64,000 nucleotides of DNA. It comes from an uncultured Gemmatimonadales bacterium (GTDB taxonomy: Bacteria; Gemmatimonadota; Gemmatimonadetes; Gemmatimonadales; GWC2-71-9). The notes beneath the pieces were generated by a model. It was not told where the DNA came from. It worked only from the letters and a program-made list of their open reading frames with translations, and searched no databases. Location of the stretch: the NCBI GenBank assembly GCA_963795085.1, contig CAWCFX010000006.1, forward strand, positions 128,001 to 192,000. Reading direction: 5' to 3'. Positions 51,797-64,000 of this stretch are shown in pieces. The position numbers and the translations under genes are program-made. Numbering within the stretch: the first letter of the stretch is position 1; every line of letters starts with the position of its first letter.

Positions 51797-52178
51797 ATGG
51801 AGCGCTTGCTGGGTAGCGCTGGCGCTCCTGTCGGGGTGTGCGGCACGAGACCGAATCACCTTTCCCGTGGCCGACGGCCTCGGTCCGGCGGTGATGATCA
51901 TTTCACCGGGCCAGGACACCACGGTAACCGCAGGACCTTTTGCCCAGGTGAGTGGGCGGGTCACCGACCGGGACGGCATTGACACCGTGTACTTTGATGT
52001 AACGGGGGGCGGCGCCTCCTTTCAGCCATATGTCGCGTCAGGGGCGGACACCGTCAACTTTTCTCTCCCCCTGGCGACGTCCGGCCTGAACGGAGTGACG
52101 ATGACCGTCACCATATTCGCCACCGACCTGGGCGGCGTAAGGGGCGACACGGCCATCCGGAACGTCACCGTCCAGTAG
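51797..52178 (+). pseudogene. Ig-like lipoprotein with a probable one-base insertion in its signal peptide (or an alternative upstream start)
   Basis: GGAGG-6nt-ATG 51797 is out of frame by one G with the LALLSGC... body; paralog of 49749-50141. Confidence 0.55.
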
Positions 52179-53263
52179 TGCGGCTCTGCCAGTTGGCGGT
52201 CCGCGGATTTCGTAACCTCGCCGACGGCGTGATGCGCTTTCCGCCGGGGGGGGTGGCCCTGCTGGGCGATAATGGCCAGGGCAAGACCAACCTGCTTGAA
52301 GCGATTTACTACCCGGTCTTCTTCCGCTCCTTCCACGGCGCCGGCGACCAGGAAATCGGCCATTTCGGCGGGCCTGGATTCGGGGTGGAGGCGAGCATCG
52401 ATACGCCGGCGCCCCATGCGATCGGCGTTCGATACTCGGGCCGGAAAAAACTGATCGAGGTTGACGGGGTTGCCGCCACCCGGCTGGCCGATCACGTGGG
52501 CACCTGGCTGGCGGTGGCGTTTCTTCCCCAGGACTTGCGCCTCGCCGACGGGCCGGCGTCCGGGCGGCGGCGCTTCCTCGACCGGATGCTGGCGATCGCG
52601 GACCGGCATTACTACCTCGCCCTGGCGCACTACCGTGCGGCGCTGGCCCAGCGAAACGCCGCCCTTCGCCAGGGGCGGCCGGACCTGGCCCGGGCCTTTG
52701 ACGAAGCCCTCGCGCGGGCCGGGTCGCGGGTCGTGGCTTCCCGCCTCGCCTGGGTGGAGACAGCCCGGGAAGAAATGGCCACGGAACTGGCCCACCTGGG
52801 GGAGCGGGAATCGGTAGATCTCGCTTACGGGGGCCGGGCCGAGCTCGCGGACCCGGCCGGCTGGGCCCCCGCGCTGGACGCCAGCGAAAAGCGGGACCGG
52901 CTGCAGCGCAATACCGGCATCGGGCCACACCGCGACGACCTCCGGATCAACCTGGCCGGGCACCCGGCCCGGGAGTATGGCTCTACCGGGCAGCAGCGAA
53001 GCGTCGCGATTGCGCTCAAGCTCATCGAGCTGGCGACCCTGGCCCGCTCCCGGGGCGCGGCTCCGGCGCTCCTGCTCGATGACGTTTTCGCGGAACTGGA
53101 TATTGGCCGGCAACGGCAACTGGCGCGCCGGCTGCTCCCGGCGGGAGAGCGGCAGATCTTCCTGACGTCCCCGCGCGAAGACGAACTGCCCCCCAACCTG
53201 GAGCTTCCGGTCTGGCGGGTCTCCGGCGGCGTTGTCTCAGCGGACCGGATCGCGGACCGGTAA
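52178..53263 (+). CDS. recF: DNA replication/repair protein RecF
   Basis: FRNL, GDNGQGKTNLLEAIY, GPHRDDL, STGQQR and LLLDDVFAELD. Confidence 0.95.
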   Translation: MRLCQLAVRGFRNLADGVMRFPPGGVALLGDNGQGKTNLLEAIYYPVFFRSFHGAGDQEIGHFGGPGFGVEASIDTPAPHAIGVRYSGRKKLIEVDGVAATRLADHVGTWLAVAFLPQDLRLADGPASGRRRFLDRMLAIADRHYYLALAHYRAALAQRNAALRQGRPDLARAFDEALARAGSRVVASRLAWVETAREEMATELAHLGERESVDLAYGGRAELADPAGWAPALDASEKRDRLQRNTGIGPHRDDLRINLAGHPAREYGSTGQQRSVAIALKLIELATLARSRGAAPALLLDDVFAELDIGRQRQLARRLLPAGERQIFLTSPREDELPPNLELPVWRVSGGVVSADRIADR

Positions 53264-53272
53264 AGGGGGAGC

Positions 53273-53665
53273 ATGACCGAAAGCGCGGACGACCGGCTGG
53301 CCAAGGCCACCGCCTGGATCCATCAGCAGGGGGCCCGGAAGAAGAAAGGGCGGCTGGCCAGCGCGGGCGAGGCGGTGGACCGTTTCCTGGCACGGGCGGG
53401 CCTGGCCAAGCGGGTCGCGCAGGCCAGCATCGTGGAAGAGTGGCCGCAGTTGGTCGGCCCCCAGATCGCCGCGGTGACCCGGGCGGACTCGGTGACCCCG
53501 GACGGCGTGCTTCGGGTCCTCGTGTCCACCGCCGCCTGGGCCAGCGAGTTGAGCCTGATGGCCCCCCGGATCCTCGCCCGGCTCAACGCCGAGCGGCGGG
53601 GCCGGATCACCGAAATACGCTGGATCGTCGGCGACCGACGGCCCGCGGCCCGGCCGGCACCCTGA
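53273..53665 (+). CDS. dciA: DciA/DUF721 family protein
   Basis: WPQLVGPQIA, GVLRVLV and AWASEL; lies between recF and gyrB. Confidence 0.85.
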   Translation: MTESADDRLAKATAWIHQQGARKKKGRLASAGEAVDRFLARAGLAKRVAQASIVEEWPQLVGPQIAAVTRADSVTPDGVLRVLVSTAAWASELSLMAPRILARLNAERRGRITEIRWIVGDRRPAARPAP

Positions 53666-53701
53666 TGCCCGGTTTCTGATCTTTGAGCGCAGCACAACTG
53701 A

Positions 53702-55648
<1,947 letters not shown>

Positions 55649-55670
55649 GTCCCTGTCCCCGTGCGGAACC

Positions 55671-55706
55671 CAGGCCCCGGCGCTGTTCGGCCGGGGCTTG
55701 TCATTT
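55671..55706 (+). terminator. Probable terminator after gyrB
   Basis: CAGGCCCCGGC-loop-GCCGGGGCTTG followed by TCATTT. Confidence 0.6.
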
Positions 55707-55757
55707 CATCCGGCGAGACTAGACTGAGCAACGACACCCCGGGCGCTCCAACTTCCC

Positions 55758-57764
55758 GTGCCGCAAGGGTTTCTAGTGAGCGACGATCCCGTTCCTGTGC
55801 GACTTCGCAGTCTCGTTCTCATAGCCGCCATCTGCGCGGGCGCGATTCCCCTGGTCGCGCTGGCAGGCTGGATCCTCAACGCCCCTGCCCTCCGCGGGGT
55901 GCTTCCCGGCGCCATCGCCATGAACCCGGTGACCGGTGCGGCGCTGCTGCTGCTGGCGATGGCCGTGGCCGTTGCGGACCGCCCGGGGCACACCATTCTC
56001 CGCCGGGTGCTGAGCGGGGCAGTCGCGGTCGCGGGCATCAGCCGGCTGGCCGACGGCCTCGGGCTCCCGGTCGCAGCCCTGGACCTGGTCCTGTTCCGGC
56101 AGGAGATTCTGGGGCTGTCCCCGGTGCCCCGGATGGCGTATTCCACCGCCATCTGCCTTGTGGTCCTGGCTGCGGGGCTCGGCAGCTACCGCGTGGAGGC
56201 CCCCGGCCGCGGACGGCTGCTGATCCTGCCGGCCGCCCTCTTCGCCCTCTTCGCGGCCACCGGCTACATCTACCAGGCCGAATGGTTCTTCAACATTCCC
56301 GCCTTGAAGCCGATGGCGCTCAATACCGCGATCGCCCTGATCGCGCTCTGCGTCGGAGTGACGGCCCTGCCGCCCGCCCTGGCCCCCACCGATCAACTGG
56401 TGGCACCGGGGGTCGTTGGGGTTACCGCGCGCCAGCTGATCCCGGCCGCCTTCCTGATTCCGTTCATCCTCGGCTTTTTCCGGGTCATTGCCGAGCGGAG
56501 CGGGTGGGTAGACCTGGGCCTGGGCACCGCGATATTCGTGGTGCTGACCGCCTTGATCCTCTCCGGTCTCGCCCGCTACAGCGTGCTCAAGATTCTCCGC
56601 GCCGGCGAGGCGCAACAACAGATGGAAAGGGCGATCCGTACCTCGGAACGGCGGCTCTTCCAGATACTCGAAGCGATACCGGTCGGGATCTTCGTGATCG
56701 GCCGGGACGGACGGCCCTACTACGCCAACCGCCGCAGCAACGAGATCGCGGGGTTGGAGCTGCAGCCAGGCATCGCGGCGGGTGACCTGTCGAGGACCTT
56801 CCGGGTGTACCGGGCGGGAACCGGGGAGCCCTATCCGAACGCCGAACTCCCGGTCGTCCGGGCCCTCCGGGACGAGCGGGTCTACGTGACCGATATCGAG
56901 CTGGGCCGGCCGGAGGGGCGGGTGCCGATCGAAGTCTGGGCCGAGCCGGTCAAGGGAGACGATGGCCAGATCGAATACGCCGTCTCCGCCTACAACGACA
57001 TCACGGCCCGGGTCCAGGCCGAGCACCAGATCCGGTCGCTCAACCAGGAATTACGGCACCAGGTCGTCGAACTGGCGGCAGTCAATCGGGAGCTCGAGAC
57101 CTTCAGCTACTCGGTCAGCCACGACCTCCGGGCGCCACTCCGGGCAGTGGACGGGTTTTCCCGGATACTGGAGACCGATCACGCTCCGGCGCTCGACGCC
57201 GAGGGTCACCGACTCCTGGGCCGGGTCCGGGATAACGTGCGCCGCATGGGCAACCTGATCGACGACCTGCTTCGTTTTTCCCGGCTGAGCCGGGCAGCGC
57301 TGGAGGTCAGGCCGGTGGACATGAACGACCTGGTCCGGAACGTGGTGGCCGATTTGACCCGGGACGGGGCCAGCCGGGCAATGGTGAGCATCGGCCCCCT
57401 GCCCCCCGCGCCCGGCGATATGGGCCTCCTCCGGCAGGTCTGGACCAACCTGGTCTCCAACGCCCTCAAGTACAGCGACCCCGGTGCCGATCCTCGGATT
57501 GAGATCCAGGGCCTCATCACCGGGGGCGGAGTGGAGTACTCCGTGCGGGACAACGGGGTGGGATTCGACATGGCGTACGCCGACAAGCTCTTCGGAGTCT
57601 TCCAGCGGCTCCACCGGCAGGACGAGTTCGAAGGGACCGGGGTCGGCCTCGCCATCGTGCAGCGTATCGTGCACCGGCACGGCGGAACGGTCCGGGCAGA
57701 ATCGGCGCCCGGACAGGGTGCCACTTTTTCTTTCTTGTTACCCCTGGCAGAAACCCATGGCTGA
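55758..57764 (+). CDS. Membrane PAS sensor histidine kinase
   Basis: Multi-TM N-terminus, [26 protein letters not shown] and GTGVGLAIV. Confidence 0.93.
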   Translation: MPQGFLVSDDPVPVRLRSLVLIAAICAGAIPLVALAGWILNAPALRGVLPGAIAMNPVTGAALLLLAMAVAVADRPGHTILRRVLSGAVAVAGISRLADGLGLPVAALDLVLFRQEILGLSPVPRMAYSTAICLVVLAAGLGSYRVEAPGRGRLLILPAALFALFAATGYIYQAEWFFNIPALKPMALNTAIALIALCVGVTALPPALAPTDQLVAPGVVGVTARQLIPAAFLIPFILGFFRVIAERSGWVDLGLGTAIFVVLTALILSGLARYSVLKILRAGEAQQQMERAIRTSERRLFQILEAIPVGIFVIGRDGRPYYANRRSNEIAGLELQPGIAAGDLSRTFRVYRAGTGEPYPNAELPVVRALRDERVYVTDIELGRPEGRVPIEVWAEPVKGDDGQIEYAVSAYNDITARVQAEHQIRSLNQELRHQVVELAAVNRELETFSYSVSHDLRAPLRAVDGFSRILETDHAPALDAEGHRLLGRVRDNVRRMGNLIDDLLRFSRLSRAALEVRPVDMNDLVRNVVADLTRDGASRAMVSIGPLPPAPGDMGLLRQVWTNLVSNALKYSDPGADPRIEIQGLITGGGVEYSVRDNGVGFDMAYADKLFGVFQRLHRQDEFEGTGVGLAIVQRIVHRHGGTVRAESAPGQGATFSFLLPLAETHG

Positions 57765-58185
57765 GCTCGAGGGGGTGGAGATTCTCCTGGTGGAAGACAG
57801 CAGCGACGACGCGGAGCTGACCCTGCGCTCGTTGCGCGAACACAAGATTGCGAACCGGATCGAGCTGGCCCGGGATGGCGCCGAGGCCGTGGACTACCTC
57901 GAGTCGGGACGCCCGCTGCCCCGCCTGGTGCTGCTGGACCTCAAGCTCCCCCGGCTCACCGGGCTGGAGGTGCTGCGAAAGATTCGTGCTGCCCCCCGCA
58001 CCCGGACCCTCCCGGTGGTGATTCTGACCTCCTCGCGCGAAGAACCTGATATCGCGCAGGCGTACGAACTGGGCGTCAACAGCTACATCGTCAAGCCGGT
58101 CGAGTTCGAAGATTTCGTCAAGGCGGTCACCGAGGCGGGGCTCTACTGGCTCCTCCTGAACGAAGCACCGAGGTCCAGCCGATGA
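57757..58185 (+). CDS. Single-domain response regulator (Rcp1-like)
   Basis: ILLVED, LLDLKLP and GVNSYIVKP. Confidence 0.93.
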   Translation: MAELEGVEILLVEDSSDDAELTLRSLREHKIANRIELARDGAEAVDYLESGRPLPRLVLLDLKLPRLTGLEVLRKIRAAPRTRTLPVVILTSSREEPDIAQAYELGVNSYIVKPVEFEDFVKAVTEAGLYWLLLNEAPRSSR

Positions 58186-60095
58186 CGACGCGGATCCTGC
58201 TGGTCGAGGACAGTCCGAGCGACGCAGAACTGCTCATCATGGCGCTTCGGAAATCGCTGGCCCAGTGCGACGTGCACCAGGTCGTCGACGAGGCCGCGTT
58301 CCTGCAGGAACTGGCGGAGTTCCGTCCCGACATCGTAATCAGCGATCACAACTTGCCTCGTTTCAGCGGCCCCCGCGCCCTGGAACTCACCCGGCTGGCC
58401 GACCCGCACCTGCCCTTTCTCCTGGTCACCGGGTCGCTCGACGAAGAGACGGCGGCGCACTACATGCGGTCGGGTGCGACCGACTACCTCCTCAAGGACC
58501 GCACCGCGCGGCTGGGCTCGGCGGTGCTGGCCGCACTGCAGCAGTCTCAGCAGCGGAAGAGTCTCGACCGGCAGCAGATGCTGCTCCAGAAAGTGATTGA
58601 CACCGACCCGAACCTCATCTTCGTCAAGGACTACGACGGCCGGTTCCTCCTGGCCAATGGCGCGGCGGCGGAAATCTACGCCTGCTCGATAGAGGCGCTG
58701 GTGGGCCGGACCGACGCCGACTTCAACGCCAACGCCGCCGAAGTCGAACATTTCCTCCGGGTGGACCGGGAGGTAATGGAATCGGGAGAGTCGAGGTTCG
58801 TGGCCGAGGAGCCGGTCACCAACCCGGCGACGGGGCAAACCCGCTGGTTCCAGACGATCAAGGTTCCCCTGACGCTGCCGGGGTACGACCAGAAGCTGAT
58901 TCTGGGGGTGGGCACCGACATCACCAAGCGGCGGGACCTGGAAGAACAACTCCGGCAATCGCAGAAGATGGAAGCGATCGGCCGGCTGGCGGGAGGCATT
59001 GCCCACGACTTCAACAACGTCCTTACCGCCATCCTGGGCTATTCCCAGATGCTGCTGCAGGACCTGTCACCTGAGGACCGCCGGCGCGAGGATGTCCAGG
59101 AAATCGAGCAGGCCGCCACCCGGGCCGCGAGGCTGACCCGCCAGCTTCTCGCCTTCAGCCGGCGCCAGGTGCTGCAGCCCCAGACTCTCGATCTCAATGA
59201 ACTGATCGGGACCCTGGACATGTTCCTGCGCCGGCTGATCGGCGAGGACATCAATCTCCGGGTCCGTCCGGGCGAGGCCCTGTGGATGGTCTCGGCGGAC
59301 GCCGGCCAGATCGAACAGGTTATCATGAACCTGGTCGTCAACTCGCGTGACGCGATGCCCCAGGGCGGCAAGATCACCGTCGAGACCGCGAATGTGCTCC
59401 TCGACGCGGGCTACGCCCAGCGGCACGTGACGGTCAAGCCCGGCGAGTATGTCATGATCGCCGTGAGCGACACCGGGACCGGGATGGACGAGGCAACCCA
59501 GGGGAGGGCCTTCGAGCCCTTCTTCACAACCAAGCCCGCCGGCCAGGGCACCGGCCTGGGGCTGTCCACGGTGTACGGCATCGTCAAGCAGAGCGGCGGA
59601 AACGTCTGGATCTATTCCGAGCCGGGCCGGGGCACCACCTTCAAGGTGTACCTGCCCAGGGCCATCGGGGTGAGCGATGCCGCCCGGCCGGCCGCGGCCG
59701 ACCCATCTGATTTCCGGGGGACCGAAACCATCCTGCTGGCCGAGGATGAAGACAGCGTCCGTTCGCTGACCGCCAGGGTGCTCCGGGGGCTGGGATACCA
59801 GGTACTGGAAGCCCGGCTGGGCCGGGAGGCGGAAGAGATCGCCCGGGGGCGGACCGCGCCGGTTGAGTTGCTGCTTACCGATGTCGTCATGCCGGAATAC
59901 TCGGGCTCGGAATTGGCCGCCCGGCTCTCTCGGCAGAGCCCCGGCCTCAAGGTGCTTTACATGTCGGGGTACACCGACGAAGCAGTCATCCACCACGGCC
60001 TGCTCGAATCCAACATCGCCTACCTGCAGAAGCCGTTCACCCCGGTTGTCCTGGGACGCAAGGTGCGCGAGGTGCTGGACTCAGCGCGGGCGTAA
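58182..60095 (+). CDS. Hybrid REC-PAS-histidine kinase-REC
   Basis: N- and C-terminal REC domains; [10 protein letters not shown] and PFFTTK..GTGLGL. Confidence 0.94.
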   Translation: MTTRILLVEDSPSDAELLIMALRKSLAQCDVHQVVDEAAFLQELAEFRPDIVISDHNLPRFSGPRALELTRLADPHLPFLLVTGSLDEETAAHYMRSGATDYLLKDRTARLGSAVLAALQQSQQRKSLDRQQMLLQKVIDTDPNLIFVKDYDGRFLLANGAAAEIYACSIEALVGRTDADFNANAAEVEHFLRVDREVMESGESRFVAEEPVTNPATGQTRWFQTIKVPLTLPGYDQKLILGVGTDITKRRDLEEQLRQSQKMEAIGRLAGGIAHDFNNVLTAILGYSQMLLQDLSPEDRRREDVQEIEQAATRAARLTRQLLAFSRRQVLQPQTLDLNELIGTLDMFLRRLIGEDINLRVRPGEALWMVSADAGQIEQVIMNLVVNSRDAMPQGGKITVETANVLLDAGYAQRHVTVKPGEYVMIAVSDTGTGMDEATQGRAFEPFFTTKPAGQGTGLGLSTVYGIVKQSGGNVWIYSEPGRGTTFKVYLPRAIGVSDAARPAAADPSDFRGTETILLAEDEDSVRSLTARVLRGLGYQVLEARLGREAEEIARGRTAPVELLLTDVVMPEYSGSELAARLSRQSPGLKVLYMSGYTDEAVIHHGLLESNIAYLQKPFTPVVLGRKVREVLDSARA

Positions 60096-62933
60096 GGATC
60101 CTGCCAGCCGGGCAGCTCGTCCCCGCACCTCCGCCACCATGGGCTGAAACTCTGGATCGGCATGCTGCCAGAGGCGGCTGACCCGGAGATACGCCGCGGC
60201 CGCTTCTCGGCCCCGGCCCAGCCGCTCCAGCAGTTCACCCCGCCGGTACAGCGAGGGCGCCAGGTAAGCCCGGCCGAACGCGGAGTGCTCCGTCGGCGCG
60301 GCCAGCCAGCCAAGGGCCATCTCCGTCTGGCCCGTATGCACCAGCCACTCCGCCCGCACCATCCGCTCCAGCCGGAATCCCAGGAACGGCGCATCCAGGC
60401 CCCGGTCCAGCACCTCGGGCTTGGCCTCCGTGGCCAGCAGTCCCTCCTCCCAGCGTGACAGGTTGCGTCCGAGCATTCCGCTGTACGCCCGAATCGAAGA
60501 CGCCAGGGCCGAGTGCCGCGGGGTGGGCGGCCGGCGTGCCAGCAATGCAGCCTGCGCAAGACTGACATCGTGCCGGCCCATGCGCGCACTCAGCAGGCCC
60601 CGCACGTAGGCCAGGCGGTCGGCGTGGGCGAGCCGTTCCTCGCCGGCCGGCATGAACGGCCTGGCCTCCGGGTCCACCGCATCCAGCCAGGCCCGCACCT
60701 GGGAGAGCGCGGTATCCGGAAGGGGAAGCCCCGGTGTACTGAAGAGCAGTCCGGCGTGTTCCGCCGCCAGCAACGGGTCCAGCCGGGCCGCCGAATCGAG
60801 CATGCCGAGCGCTTCCCGCCATCGGCCTCCGCCCATCAGGAGGTGAGCCAACAACAGCCGCCCGGTCAGCCGAATGGCGGGGGGGCGATCGGCCGAATCC
60901 ATGAGCCGGACGATGCCGGCCGCGGCTTCGCCGTCCTCCAGCAGGTACAGCGCGTGGGCTCCGACCGTGGCCAGTTCCTGGCCGGGCACCTGCCGAAGTT
61001 CGTCCTCGATCTTCCGCCGATCCGCTTCGCGACCCAGCTCGACGGCCCGCACCATCCGGCCGGCCCACCAGAAATGGGACCCCGGGACGATCCGGCTCAG
61101 CAGCGAGTCAAATGTTCCGTACTCCCGCTCCAGGGCGGCGATTTCGAGCAGATGAATGAGCGGGGCCTCGCCGTCGTTCATGGCGTACGCGCGGCGGAAG
61201 AAGTCCCCCGCCTCGGCCACGGGGCGCCCGCGGCTGGGATTGAAGTGAAACAGGACTTCGCCGAGGTTGAAGATGGCATCCACCTCTTCAGGGCGGCGCC
61301 GCAGAATTTCCCGGTACCGCCGTTCGGCATCGTCGGCGTCGCCCCGCTCGTAGTGAAGGAACGCTTCGACCAGTTCCCGTTCCGGCGGCGGCAACCGCTC
61401 GCCATATCGGGCCGCCTGCTCGGCGGCCCAGCGCGATGAATCAACCGCCGACCAGGTATAGGCCTGGGCGAGGCGGTAGTAGGCGAGTGCAAACGCCGTG
61501 TCCAGCGCGATGGCGCGCTGGTAACCCGCGATGGCACGGGGGAAGGTTCCCCGTTGAAATTCCCACTCGCCCTCGAGATAGGCCTTGAGCGCGGGAATCG
61601 AGTGGGTGGTGCGGGCGGCCAGCCGGGCGACCCCGCGAGCCGGGCTCTCCCGTCCGGCCGCGATCAACCGGGCCGTCAGCTGGTCCACCAGCGCAAAGAG
61701 AGAATCGGCCGGCCCCTCGACCATGGCGGTTTCCAGCTTGTGGCCGGGAGGGTCCACCCGGAACAACGAGGCACTGATGCGGAGACGGCTCCCGGTGGCG
61801 ACCACGTCTCCGGTCACGAACATACCGGCACCCAGGATTTCGGCCGTGCGTTGCGCCTGCTCGGGGGTGGGCGCGGCCGCTTCCGGCCGGGCCAGCGCTC
61901 GCGGGTGAATGCTGCGGAGATCTCCGGCACCGTCGAGACCGGTACTGAGGAGCGCGGGGGCGCCCTCGCCGACGTAGGCCAGCGACGGTTCCCCGAGCAC
62001 GGCAAAAGGAAAAACTGCCACGATGTTGGACTGGCGGCCGAGCGGCACCCCGGCCGTCTCCAGCCCGGTCCAGGACCCCGAGATGACCATCAGGGCCCCT
62101 ACCAGCCGAGCGAGGGAGCGGCGCCGGCCCCGGTGCCGGTTCGGAAGGGAGGGACGGGGCGGCGGCACGGGGAGCAAGGCAGGCGCAGGGGAACCTGCTT
62201 CGGTCCCGGAGGGAGCACGGGCCCGGATAGCCCGGGCCAGTGCCTGCGTTTCGGCCGATGGTTCCGCATCGAAATCGACCTTCAACCGGCGCGCGAAATC
62301 TTCATACGCCTGGACCGCCCCGGCCCGATCACCGAGGCGGTCCAGCAGGGCGAGCAGACGGGTAAGGGCGCTTTCGTCATCGGGAATCAGCCCAAGCGCC
62401 CGGCGTCCCCAGTGCGCGGCACCGAACCGGTTCCCGGAACGTTCCTCCCGGTCGGCCAGGGCCCAGGCCGCATCGAAGGCCCGGCGATGCAGTCGGCTGC
62501 GTTCCCGTTCCATCCATCGCTCGAAATCGGGAGTGTCAGGCAGGAAGTAGGCCTCGAGGAGCGCGCCCTGGTACTTCTCGAGCGCCGGGATGGTGTGTCC
62601 AGCCTCCAGGTCTGCCTCGAACGCGACCGCATCACACCAGACCGACCCCTCGGCCAACCGGACCTCGTCGTCGCCGCGGCTTTCCAGTGCCCCGGCACCC
62701 AGGGCGCGCCGCAGATAGTGAAGCGTCTTGCGAAGAGCAGCCCTGGCCCGGTCCTGGTCCAGCTCGGGCCAGAACAATGCGACCAGTGCGTCCCGCCGGT
62801 GAAATCCCCGGGGCTGCGCCAGGGCCAGGTACACGAGTAACCCGGCCCGCTTGGGATGCACGAGGATGCCCCGCGCGGCTTCCGGGTCGGGCGCCGTGAG
62901 ATCGAGTCGGCCGAAGGTGCGAAGCTCTATCAT
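60081..62933 (-). CDS. SARP/BTAD transcriptional activator with TolB-like and TPR regions
   Basis: MIELRTFGRLDL, HRRDALVALFWPE, EPSAET, VAVFPF and TPRs; ATG 62933. Confidence 0.88.
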   Translation of the reverse strand: MIELRTFGRLDLTAPDPEAARGILVHPKRAGLLVYLALAQPRGFHRRDALVALFWPELDQDRARAALRKTLHYLRRALGAGALESRGDDEVRLAEGSVWCDAVAFEADLEAGHTIPALEKYQGALLEAYFLPDTPDFERWMERERSRLHRRAFDAAWALADREERSGNRFGAAHWGRRALGLIPDDESALTRLLALLDRLGDRAGAVQAYEDFARRLKVDFDAEPSAETQALARAIRARAPSGTEAGSPAPALLPVPPPRPSLPNRHRGRRRSLARLVGALMVISGSWTGLETAGVPLGRQSNIVAVFPFAVLGEPSLAYVGEGAPALLSTGLDGAGDLRSIHPRALARPEAAAPTPEQAQRTAEILGAGMFVTGDVVATGSRLRISASLFRVDPPGHKLETAMVEGPADSLFALVDQLTARLIAAGRESPARGVARLAARTTHSIPALKAYLEGEWEFQRGTFPRAIAGYQRAIALDTAFALAYYRLAQAYTWSAVDSSRWAAEQAARYGERLPPPERELVEAFLHYERGDADDAERRYREILRRRPEEVDAIFNLGEVLFHFNPSRGRPVAEAGDFFRRAYAMNDGEAPLIHLLEIAALEREYGTFDSLLSRIVPGSHFWWAGRMVRAVELGREADRRKIEDELRQVPGQELATVGAHALYLLEDGEAAAGIVRLMDSADRPPAIRLTGRLLLAHLLMGGGRWREALGMLDSAARLDPLLAAEHAGLLFSTPGLPLPDTALSQVRAWLDAVDPEARPFMPAGEERLAHADRLAYVRGLLSARMGRHDVSLAQAALLARRPPTPRHSALASSIRAYSGMLGRNLSRWEEGLLATEAKPEVLDRGLDAPFLGFRLERMVRAEWLVHTGQTEMALGWLAAPTEHSAFGRAYLAPSLYRRGELLERLGRGREAAAAYLRVSRLWQHADPEFQPMVAEVRGRAARLAGSLRPR

Positions 62934-63143
62934 GCGATAAGGATGGATGGCAGGGGTTCCCCACCCGTTCCGGGACGGGAACGCCGCCGTTATTGCGAAG
63001 GTAACGCCGCGGGAACGACCGCGCACCAGGTTGGATCCGTGTTCCGAGCCCGCTCCCGGTCCGAGGGGGATCCAACCTCGTCGGGGCGGCGGCGGAGCGC
63101 CAGATCACCCTGGGCTCGTCCCCCGCAACCAAGGAGTCTACTC

Positions 63144-64000
63144 ATGCGACTATTGTATCTCGGCCTGCTGGCCGCGACCGTGGCCACCGCCTGCGTCGAA
63201 GGCACCATCCCCACGCCGGCCCGCTGGCTGAACCGCCCAGACCAGGCCCGCCCCGGCCGGCCGGCCGGGGGCTATGAAGTCTGGGTGGTGGACCAGTCGA
63301 ATACCACCGGCCTCGCCCACGGGGGGGCCCTCTATATCTACCCAGCGGAGCAGCTGGCCGGAGCACACCCAGCTCCCGAGCGCATCGACCTGGCCGGGAG
63401 CGCCACGACCCTGTGTATGGGGACCACCGGGGCGGCGCCGGTGCGCCCCCACATGGTGTTCTTCAACAGCAGCGCGAGTCATGCAGTGCTCTCGTTCGTG
63501 TCCAGCGGGCACGTGGTGATATTCGATGCGGCCACCCGGGAGCCGGTGTCCTGCCTGCGCACCTCTCCGGGGGTTGGTGGCGCACGCCAGGCGCATGCCG
63601 CTTTTCCCGCTCCGGACGACCGCTATATCCTGGTGGCCAACCAGAACGGCAAACTGCTGGAGCGGATCGATACCGATTTCGGCTCCGGTCACTTCCAATT
63701 CAACCCTGCGGCGACGCTCGACCTGGCAACCTGCGTGACGCCGGGCGGGGCGGCCTGTGAATCTCCGGCTTACCGTCCCGACAACGCGCCCATCTGCCCT
63801 ATCGTCGATGCCGACAGTAGGCACGCGTTCGTGACACTGCGGGGGGGAGGACTTTTTGTGGTCAACGCCGCGGCGACTCCCATGCGGATCGTCGCGGAGT
63901 ATGACCGCAGCACGGTCCATGGGAACGGTTGCGGCGGGGTCCAGGTGGGCAGCCACATGTTCCTGGATTCGGGCGGCGGCACCGGGACGAACATGACGGA
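63144..64000 (+). CDS. Lipoprotein, probable beta-propeller (partial)
   Basis: AAGGAG RBS; MRLLYLGLLAATVATAC lipobox; YEVWVVDQS, RPHMVFFN and ILVANQNGK; open to the window end. Confidence 0.8.
   Translation, partial: MRLLYLGLLAATVATACVEGTIPTPARWLNRPDQARPGRPAGGYEVWVVDQSNTTGLAHGGALYIYPAEQLAGAHPAPERIDLAGSATTLCMGTTGAAPVRPHMVFFNSSASHAVLSFVSSGHVVIFDAATREPVSCLRTSPGVGGARQAHAAFPAPDDRYILVANQNGKLLERIDTDFGSGHFQFNPAATLDLATCVTPGGAACESPAYRPDNAPICPIVDADSRHAFVTLRGGGLFVVNAAATPMRIVAEYDRSTVHGNGCGGVQVGSHMFLDSGGGTGTNMT

Overview
GC-rich bacterial chromosome segment. The gene content (RCC1/Ig lipoproteins, BTAD-TPR regulator, 'EERLDFAERLL' small membrane proteins) suggests Gemmatimonadota; this is an inference. 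Housekeeping and metabolic genes include cysS, mscS, a DPP-IV peptidase, a pot-type ABC importer, uvrA, ltaE, a threonine dehydratase, ccmE/F/H, glpK, mtnA, an enoyl-CoA hydratase and recF-dciA-gyrB, plus two-component genes. The standout locus is a phage-shock (Psp)-like cluster at about 8.3-14.1 kb on the minus strand. It has an ECF/sigmaW-like promoter, ten translationally coupled paralogous PspB-like small membrane proteins of two classes, and an eleventh motif copy hidden in frame behind an amber stop. These are followed by a CesT/YbjN-like gene, pspA and a DUF1611 gene. Other oddities are two copies of an AT-rich palindromic tandem-repeat element filling whole intergenic gaps, an operon with a degenerate macro domain and a Cys-less transglutaminase that probably starts at CTG, a CxxxY-type CcmE with a Tat-signal CcmH, an orphan DGQHR gene, and a lipoprotein with a probable frameshift. 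No rRNA, tRNA, CRISPR array or transposase was recognised.
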